NCBI RefSeq assembly: GCF_000014785.1 | Contig: NC_008340.1 | Coordinates: 2,220,001 to 2,252,000, forward strand | Source: Alkalilimnicola ehrlichii MLHE-1 | GTDB lineage: Bacteria; Pseudomonadota; Gammaproteobacteria; Nitrococcales; Halorhodospiraceae | Direction of reading: 5' to 3' | DNA length: 32,000 nt | Part shown: positions 20,788 through 32,000 of the stretch, in pieces | Numbering within the stretch: position 1 is the stretch's first letter | Layout: every line of letters starts with the position of its first letter | Translations under genes and position numbers: made by a program | The notes under the pieces: generated by a model | Databases searched by the model: none | Told to the model about the DNA's origin: nothing | Seen by the model: only the letters and a program-made list of their open reading frames with translations

Positions 20788-20820
20788 AAAAACGCCTGCC
20801 GGGATCACTCTCCGGCAGGC
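20788..20820 (-). terminator. Intrinsic terminator overlapping the secG stop codon
   Basis: Minus strand GCCTGCCGG-AGAGTGATC-CCGGCAGGC-G-TTTTT; stems 20794-20802 and 20812-20820, T run corresponds to aaaaa at 20788-20792. Confidence 0.85.
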
Positions 20821-21161
20821 GGCGGCAGTTCGTCATCAACCTCCGGGGCCTCTGGCTCATCGTCAGCGGCCGGCGGCACCGTCTCCTCCACCTCCTGCTC
20901 GCGTTCCAGCAGGCTCCCCGGCGCATCCGTTCCCCTGGCCGCGAGGATCGCCAAGACCAGGCTGGTGGCGAAAAAGGTGATCGCCAGCCCGGTGGTGACC
21001 CGGGTCAGGAAGCTACCGGCGCCGCGGGAGCCGAACACGGTGGACGAGGCCCCGCTGCCAAAGGCCGCCCCCATATCGGCACCCTTGCCTTGCTGCAGCA
21101 AGACGAGCACGACCAGAACGACGGCGATAATCACGTGTATGGCGAGCAGAATCTGAAACAT
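20805..21161 (-). CDS. secG: Preprotein translocase subunit SecG
   Basis: 118 aa, [47 protein letters not shown], acidic C-terminal tail. Confidence 0.96.
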   Translation of the reverse strand: MFQILLAIHVIIAVVLVVLVLLQQGKGADMGAAFGSGASSTVFGSRGAGSFLTRVTTGLAITFFATSLVLAILAARGTDAPGSLLEREQEVEETVPPAADDEPEAPEVDDELPPPAGE

Positions 21162-21206
21162 GGAGCCTCTGTCACGTCGGGTTGAAGGGGAGCGGGGCGG
21201 CCAGGT

Positions 21207-21959
21207 TCAGGGCCGCGCCGCAGAGATGATCTCCAGAAAGCCGTCCGGGTCGAGCGAGGCACCGCCGATCAGCCCACCGTCCACATCGGCGCAGCCGAAC
21301 AACTCCCGGGCGTTGCCCGGCTTGACGCTGCCGCCGTAGAGGATGGGCAGTCGCTGGGCCAACTCGTCGCCGAGGGCATCGGCCGCGCGCTGCCGAATGA
21401 AGGCATGCACTGCCTGAGCCTGCTCCGGGCTGGCGGTGCGGCCGGTACCGATGGCCCAGACCGGTTCGTAGGCCAAGACAAGCTTTTCGACCACGAAACC
21501 GCCTAACTCGAGCACCGCGTCCAACTGACGACCCACCACCTGCTCGGTCTCGCCAGCATCCCGGGCCTCGAGGGTCTCGCCGACACAGACGATGGGCGTC
21601 AATCCGGCGCGCAGCGCCGCCTGCACCTTGTCGACCACCACCTCATCGGTCTCGGCGTGCATGGCCCGGCGCTCCGAGTGGCCGACAATGACATGGCGGC
21701 AGCCCATTTCGGCAAGCATGGCACCCGCCACCTCACCGGTGTAGGCACCGGAGTCGTAGCGGGAGACGTCCTGCCCGCCCAGCGCCACGCCGGACTCGTC
21801 CGGAACCGCGCGGCGCAGCGGCCCGATATAGGGAAACGGAGGGCAAACCAGCACGTCGACGGCGCTGCAGTCGACATCGGCCAGGGCCCGCCCCATGTCG
21901 TTGACTAGCGCCAGGGACCCATTCATCTTCCAGTTGCCCGCAACCATCGGCTTACGCAT
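21207..21959 (-). CDS. tpiA: Triose-phosphate isomerase
   Basis: 250 aa, [42 protein letters not shown]. Confidence 0.97.
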   Translation of the reverse strand: MRKPMVAGNWKMNGSLALVNDMGRALADVDCSAVDVLVCPPFPYIGPLRRAVPDESGVALGGQDVSRYDSGAYTGEVAGAMLAEMGCRHVIVGHSERRAMHAETDEVVVDKVQAALRAGLTPIVCVGETLEARDAGETEQVVGRQLDAVLELGGFVVEKLVLAYEPVWAIGTGRTASPEQAQAVHAFIRQRAADALGDELAQRLPILYGGSVKPGNARELFGCADVDGGLIGGASLDPDGFLEIISAARP

Positions 21960-22024
21960 GGCACACTCCTTGCCGTAACAATTAACCGCCGGGAAGAATA
22001 CCGTCGGCCACGGGCAGGGTCAAT

Positions 22025-23380
22025 TTAACGGGGGGCGGTCAGGGTGGCGTGCGCCTCACGCACGGCGCCGGCGATGGCCTCGGCGGTGGCTGAAACCTCG
22101 GCCTGATCCGGCCCCTCGACCATCACCCGCAGCACCGGCTCCGTCCCGGAGGGCCTCAGCAGCACCCGCCCGCGGCCGGCGAGCCGGGTTTCCGCATCGC
22201 GCACGGCGTCGGTGACGGTGGCATGGTCCTGGACCGGCACGCCGCGGCTGATGGGCACGTTGACCATGATCTGCGGCAGCCGGTCCATACCGTCCGCCAG
22301 CTCCGCCAGCGTCCGCTCCTGCGCCGCCATGGCCTCCAGCACCTGCAGCGCCGAGACAATACCGTCGCCGGTGGTGGTCCGGTCCAGGCAGATCAAGTGG
22401 CCGGAGGATTCACCACCGAGGATGCCGCCTTCACGGCGGAGCATCTCCATCACGTAACGGTCGCCCACCTTGGCGCGCAGGAAGGGCAGCCCCAAGCGGC
22501 CGATGCCCTGCTCCAGACCCAGGTTGCTCATGACGGTACCCACCACCGGACCGGCAAGCCCGCCGTTGGCCATCCGCTGCCGGGCGATGATGTAGAGCAG
22601 ACCGTCGCCGTCCACCACCTCGCCCCGGTGATCCACCATAATCACGCGGTCGCCATCCCCGTCAAAGGCGATGCCGGCGTCCGCATCGTGCTCACGCACG
22701 GCGGCCTGGAGGCCCTTCGGGTGCAACGAGCCGCAGTCGGCGTTGATATTCAGACCATCCGGGTCATCGGCCAACGGGATGACCTCGGCGCCCAGCTCGT
22801 GGAAGACCGCGGGGGCCACGTGGTAGGTGGCGCCATTGGCACAGTCGACCACCAGGCGCAGGCCCCGCAGGCTCAGTTCGTAGGGAAAGCTGCGTTTACA
22901 GAACTCGATATAACGCCCCGGGGCGTCGTTGATCCGGGAGGCCTTCCCCAGCCGCGCGGAGGGCGCCGGCTTGAGGGGTTGCCGCAGTTCGGCCTCAATG
23001 GCCAGCTCGGTGGCATCGTCGAGCTTCTCCCCATCATCGGAGAAGAACTTGATCCCGTTGTCTTCGTGGGGGTTGTGTGAGGCGCTGATCACCACCCCGG
23101 CGGCGGCCCGCAGAGTGCGTGTCAGGTAGGCTATGGCCGGGGTGGGCATGGGCCCGAGCAGTTTGACGTTGACCCCGGCGGCCGCAAAGCCGGACTCCAG
23201 GGCGGACTCCAGCATGTAGCCGGAGATCCGGGTGTCCTTGCCGACCAACACCGAGGACTGCCCGGCGCGCGCCAAAACCCGCCCGGCCGCCCAGCCCAGA
23301 TGCAGCATGAAATCCGGGGTGATGGGCGGCTCCCCGACGGTGCCGCGAATGCCGTCGGTGCCAAAGTATTCCTTTTTCAC
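22025..23380 (-). CDS. glmM: Phosphoglucosamine mutase
   Basis: 451 aa, [50 protein letters not shown]. Confidence 0.97.
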   Translation of the reverse strand: MKKEYFGTDGIRGTVGEPPITPDFMLHLGWAAGRVLARAGQSSVLVGKDTRISGYMLESALESGFAAAGVNVKLLGPMPTPAIAYLTRTLRAAAGVVISASHNPHEDNGIKFFSDDGEKLDDATELAIEAELRQPLKPAPSARLGKASRINDAPGRYIEFCKRSFPYELSLRGLRLVVDCANGATYHVAPAVFHELGAEVIPLADDPDGLNINADCGSLHPKGLQAAVREHDADAGIAFDGDGDRVIMVDHRGEVVDGDGLLYIIARQRMANGGLAGPVVGTVMSNLGLEQGIGRLGLPFLRAKVGDRYVMEMLRREGGILGGESSGHLICLDRTTTGDGIVSALQVLEAMAAQERTLAELADGMDRLPQIMVNVPISRGVPVQDHATVTDAVRDAETRLAGRGRVLLRPSGTEPVLRVMVEGPDQAEVSATAEAIAGAVREAHATLTAPR

Positions 23381-23381
23381 G

Positions 23382-24277
23382 TTACTGTTTCTCCTGCCCC
23401 GTTATGGGTGCTCCCTGTGCCGCGGCCATCGCCGCCCCGGCGACCCGCAGCGCATCCACGGTCGGCGCCACGTCATGGGTCCGCACGATGCGCGCGCCAC
23501 GCTCCACGGCGCACACGGCCGCTGCCAGGCCGGCGGCGAGCCGCCCGTCCACCGGACGACCGGTGACGCCCCCCAGCATGGATTTGCGCGACATGCCCAC
23601 CAGCACGGGCGGCCCCAGCGCACAGACGGCATCGAGCCGGCCCAACAGGGTGTAATTATGATTGAGACTCTTGCCAAACCCAAAGCCCGGATCAAGCAGC
23701 AGCCGTGCGCGCGGGATGCCGGCCTGTTCGCAGGCCCGGACCCGTGCCATGAGGAAGGCATTGACTTCGTCGACCACATCCCGGTAGCGGGGGTCGCGCT
23801 GCATGGTCCGCGGCTCACCCTGCATGTGCATGAGGCACACTGGCAGACCGCTGTCGGCGGCGGCGGCCAGGGCACCGGGCGCCCGCAGCGCATAGACATC
23901 GTTGATCAGGGCGGCGCCGGACGCGGCGGCTGCGGTCATCACTGCCGGCTTGCTGGTATCCACCGATACGGGCACATCGAGCTCGCCCGTCACCGCCTCC
24001 AGGACCGGGAGCACCCGCTCCAGTTCCTGCTCCGTCGGCACCGGCTCGGCGCCCGGCCGGGTGGACTCACCGCCAATATCGATGATATCCGCGCCCTGCC
24101 CCACCAAACACCGGGCCTGGCGGATGGCAGCCGCCCGGGAGAGGTGGACCCCCCCGTCCGAGAAGGAATCGGGAGTGACGTTCAGGACCCCCATCACCAG
24201 GGGCCGGGTCGACGGCAGCCGAAAACGCCCGAGGCGCAGCGGCGGCTGCGCCTCGGGCCCTGCTTCACTGCCCGCCA

Positions 24278-24278
<1 letters not shown>
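23382..24278 (-). CDS. folP: Dihydropteroate synthase
   Basis: 298 aa, [44 protein letters not shown]; start overlaps ftsH stop (TGATG). Confidence 0.96.
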
Positions 24279-26206
<1,928 letters not shown>

Positions 26207-26233
26207 GGGCCGACCTCTCCTTCACTTGCATGG

Positions 26234-26255
26234 GGCCCGGCGCGGACGCCGGGCC
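26234..26255 (-). other. GC-rich 9-bp hairpin upstream of ftsH
   Basis: ggcccggcg (26234-26242) - cgga - cgccgggcc (26247-26255), perfect stem; no T run on the minus strand. Confidence 0.55.
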
Positions 26256-26289
26256 ACCAGTGAGCTGAATGCAATTCCCTAGAACCCTA

Positions 26290-26919
26290 CTACAGTCCGA
26301 ACCCGCGGGCCAGCAGGTAGGATTCACGGCTGCGGGCCCGCGAAGCACGCGGTTTTCGGGTGATTACCTTGCTGAATTGACGTTGTAAATCGCGCCGATA
26401 GTCATCCAGGCCTTCACCATGGAACACCTTGGTCAGAAAATCACCGCCCGGTTGTAATACTTGACCTGCAAAGTCAAGTGCAAGTTCCGCCAGATACATG
26501 GCCCGCGGCTGATCCACCACCCGGACACCGGAGAGGTTCGGGGCCATGTCGGAGAGCACCAGGTCCACTGGCCGACCCTCCAGCGCCTGGAGCAGCGCCT
26601 GCAGGGGCGCCTCCTCGGTGAAATCGCCCTGGATGACGTGGACGCCGGGCAAGGCCTCCATGGGCAGGATATCCAGCGCGAAGACGGCACCACGGTCGCC
26701 CACCAACTCCGCGGCGACCTGGCACCAGCCACCGGGGGCCGCGCCCAGGTCCACCACGGTCATGCCCGGGCGGATGAGGCGGTCCTTCTCCTGGATCTCC
26801 AGCAGCTTGAACGCCGCCCGGGACCGGTAGCCGGCCTTCTGCGCCTGCTGCACCCAGTGGTCGCTGTGGTGCTCGTCCAGCCAGCGCCGGCTGCCCGGCC
26901 TGCGCTTACGACGCCCCAT
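26290..26919 (-). CDS. rlmE: 23S rRNA (uridine-2'-O)-methyltransferase RlmE (FtsJ/RrmJ)
   Basis: [67 protein letters not shown]; start 26919 chosen over 26988. Confidence 0.95.
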   Translation of the reverse strand: MGRRKRRPGSRRWLDEHHSDHWVQQAQKAGYRSRAAFKLLEIQEKDRLIRPGMTVVDLGAAPGGWCQVAAELVGDRGAVFALDILPMEALPGVHVIQGDFTEEAPLQALLQALEGRPVDLVLSDMAPNLSGVRVVDQPRAMYLAELALDFAGQVLQPGGDFLTKVFHGEGLDDYRRDLQRQFSKVITRKPRASRARSRESYLLARGFGL

Positions 26920-27175
26920 GATCCCGCTCCCGTTGCTGCGCCCGGACCACCCGGCGGGTCCGCCAGGCCACCCAGAGGCCGCCGCCAACGCCCACTGAGA
27001 TCAGGATCAGCAGGTCCGCCAACAGCCCCAAGTCCGTGGCCACCACCACCAGGGCGGCACAAAGCGCCAGCAGGGTGACCGCGCCCAGCTCCAGCTTGAC
27101 GCTGCTGAACGGCCCGCTATCCGTGCGCAGGACCGGCCGCCGTGGTAGTCTTTCGCGCCCATCGCTATCCGACAT
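26906..27175 (-). CDS. Small predicted membrane protein (89 aa), function unknown
   Basis: ORF starting 17 bp from divergent yhbY and overlapping the rlmE start by 14 nt; two hydrophobic segments ([46 protein letters not shown]). Confidence 0.6.
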   Translation of the reverse strand: MSDSDGRERLPRRPVLRTDSGPFSSVKLELGAVTLLALCAALVVVATDLGLLADLLILISVGVGGGLWVAWRTRRVVRAQQRERDHGAS

Positions 27176-27192
27176 CTTCTCAGGAGTTCCTC

Positions 27193-27495
27193 ATGCGGCT
27201 CAACGAGTCCCAGCGTCGCCACCTGCGTCGCCTGGCCCACGACCTCAAGCCCGTGGTCCGCACCGGCAATGCCGGCCTCACCGAGGCGGTGATGGCCGAG
27301 ATCGAACTGGCGCTGGAGTCCCACGAGCTCATCAAGGTGAAGCTGGTGGGCCTGGAACGCGCAGACCGGCAGCCCACCATCGAGCAGATCTGCGTCGAAA
27401 CCGGGGCCGAGCTGGTGCAGAAGGTGGGTCAGGTGGCAGTGCTCTATCGCGCCAACCCGCGCCGGAAGCCCGGCCAGCGGGTCAGTCTGCCGTGA
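27193..27495 (+). CDS. yhbY: YhbY/CRM-domain RNA-binding protein
   Basis: MRLNESQRRHLRRLAHDLKPVVRTGNAGLTEAVMAEIELALESHELIKVKL; aggag at 27182-27186 supports start 27193. Confidence 0.93.
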   Translation: MRLNESQRRHLRRLAHDLKPVVRTGNAGLTEAVMAEIELALESHELIKVKLVGLERADRQPTIEQICVETGAELVQKVGQVAVLYRANPRRKPGQRVSLP

Positions 27496-27934
27496 CCCCC
27501 TCCGGGGCCGGCTTCGGTTCTGGCGCCGGCCCGGTCCCCGCCAGCACCAAGACGAAGGCGATGACGCTCTGGACCAGGTAGATCGAGGCGGCGGTGCGGT
27601 GCAGGGAGGCAAACAGCTCCCCATCCGCCTCACCCGAGGCCTTTACCTCGGCCATCTGGGCGGCCAGCACGAACTCGGCAAAGGCGGTCAGCGCCAGCAC
27701 CCCCAGCACCAGCCAGAGACGCCAATGAGTGGCCCAGGGCCGGACCCGGCGCAGCAGTTGGCCCAGGAGCAGCACCGCAAGGCAAAACAGCCCGATATGG
27801 TTGATGCGGCTCAGGATCTCTCCGGCCACCTCGCCGGCGGTGACCTGGTCCAGGGTCTCAAACAACCCCGGCACCACCACGTAGCCCACCGCCCAGAGGC
27901 TGCCGGCCCAGAACACCAGCAGGACCCACTCCAC
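27482..27934 (-). CDS. DUF4149 family membrane protein
   Basis: 150 aa, GSLWAVGYVVVPGLFETLDQVTAGEVAGEILSRINHIG; convergent with yhbY, overlapping its 3' end by 14 nt. Confidence 0.85.
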   Translation of the reverse strand: MEWVLLVFWAGSLWAVGYVVVPGLFETLDQVTAGEVAGEILSRINHIGLFCLAVLLLGQLLRRVRPWATHWRLWLVLGVLALTAFAEFVLAAQMAEVKASGEADGELFASLHRTAASIYLVQSVIAFVLVLAGTGPAPEPKPAPEGVTAD

Positions 27935-27995
27935 CGGGCGCAGAAGGGGGGCCAGGGGCCGAAAGACCCCCGCTCCGGTGGGTCGACCTTTGCGA

Positions 27996-28468
27996 TCAGG
28001 AATAGCGCACCTCGACGATCTCGTATTCGCGCTCCCCGCCCGGGGCCTGCACCGTCACCAGATCACCCTCCTCCTTGCCGATCAGGGCCCGGGCGATGGG
28101 TGAGTTGACAGAGACCAGGCCCTGCTTGATGTCGGCCTCATCCTCACCGACGATCTGGTAGGTAACCTCCTTGCCGGAGTCCTCGTCCACCAGGTCCACG
28201 GTGGCGCCGAAGATCACCTTGCCCTGGGCATTGACCGCGGCCGGGTCGATCACCTGGGCGTTGGACAGCTTGCCCTCGATCTCCTGAATCCGGCCCTCCA
28301 CGAAGCTTTGCTGCTCGCGGGCGGCGTGGTACTCGGCGTTCTCTTTCAGGTCGCCGTGCTCACGGGCCTCGGCGATGGCCTGTATGATGCGCGGGCGCTC
28401 CACGGTCTTCAGGCGCTGCAGTTCCTCCCGCAGCTTTTCCGCGCCGCGCGCAGTCAGCGGAACCTTGC

Positions 28469-28472
<4 letters not shown>
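27996..28472 (-). CDS. greA: Transcription elongation factor GreA
   Basis: [62 protein letters not shown]; true start 28472. Confidence 0.97.
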
Positions 28473-31690
<3,218 letters not shown>

Positions 31691-31742
31691 GCCGCGCAGT
31701 CTCAACCTTGGGTGAGCGAATGGGATTGGGTGACCGGGCGCC

Positions 31743-32000
31743 TCAGCGGCCCTCGGCCGCCATCAGGTCAATGAACCGGTCGAACAGCGGTTGCACGTCC
31801 CGCGGCCCGGGGCCCGCCTCCGGGTGTCCCTGGAAGCTGAAGGCCGGCCGGTCGGTCCGGGCCACGCCCTGCAACGAACCGTCGAACAGCGACCGGTGGG
31901 TGGCCCGGAGGTTGTCCGGCAGGCTGTCCTCGTCCACCGCGAAGCCGTGGTTCTGACTGGAGATCATCACCCGGCCGGTATCCAGGTCCTGTACCGGGTG
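31743..32000 (-). CDS. carA: Carbamoyl-phosphate synthase small subunit, C-terminal part (gene continues beyond the window)
   Basis: [18 protein letters not shown]...[44 protein letters not shown] is the CarA glutaminase C-terminus; 52 bp upstream of carB. Confidence 0.95.
   Translation of the reverse strand, partial: HPVQDLDTGRVMISSQNHGFAVDEDSLPDNLRATHRSLFDGSLQGVARTDRPAFSFQGHPEAGPGPRDVQPLFDRFIDLMAAEGR

Noticed and set aside
20529-20980. Plus-strand ORFs across the tRNA-Leu region (e.g. 20567..20980, RWPDSNRHGFRHCPLKTACLPVPPH)
   Set aside because: Part of the translation is simply the antisense of tRNA-Leu, a common false ORF signature; no RBS or protein family support.
27959-27995. Possible terminator after greA (minus strand GACCC...GGGTCTTTC)
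   Set aside because: The stem is only about 5 bp with a long loop and the T run is short; too weak to call without transcript 3'-end data.

Overview
This 32 kb window is high-GC and reads almost entirely as conserved gammaproteobacterial housekeeping sequence. The flavour resembles Ectothiorhodospiraceae, but that is inferred from gene content, not tested. Left to right it contains: (1) a roughly 94-bp tandem repeat array with a REP-like motif at the left edge (1-285); (2) rlmKL and a DUF2058 gene on the minus strand, then a plus-strand outer-membrane porin; (3) truC, a DUF2818 membrane protein gene and a complete 14-gene complex I locus (nuoA-N, nuoC and nuoD unfused), all on the minus strand; (4) tRNA-Leu(GAG), secG, tpiA, glmM, folP, ftsH, rlmE and a small membrane-protein ORF on the minus strand; (5) plus-strand yhbY; (6) a minus-strand DUF4149 gene, greA, carB and the 3' part of carA. 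I found no convincing new biological system: no phage, transposase, CRISPR array, toxin-antitoxin or defence module. The items most worth a second look are small: the 5' tandem array, a perfect 16-bp palindrome upstream of the porin, mutually exclusive hairpins in the nuoA leader, a secG terminator whose loop contains the stop codon, a 9-bp GC hairpin upstream of a GTG-started ftsH, and a small membrane-protein ORF squeezed between yhbY and rlmE. The very long antisense ORFs (up to 1095 aa) look like GC-bias artefacts and are rejected.
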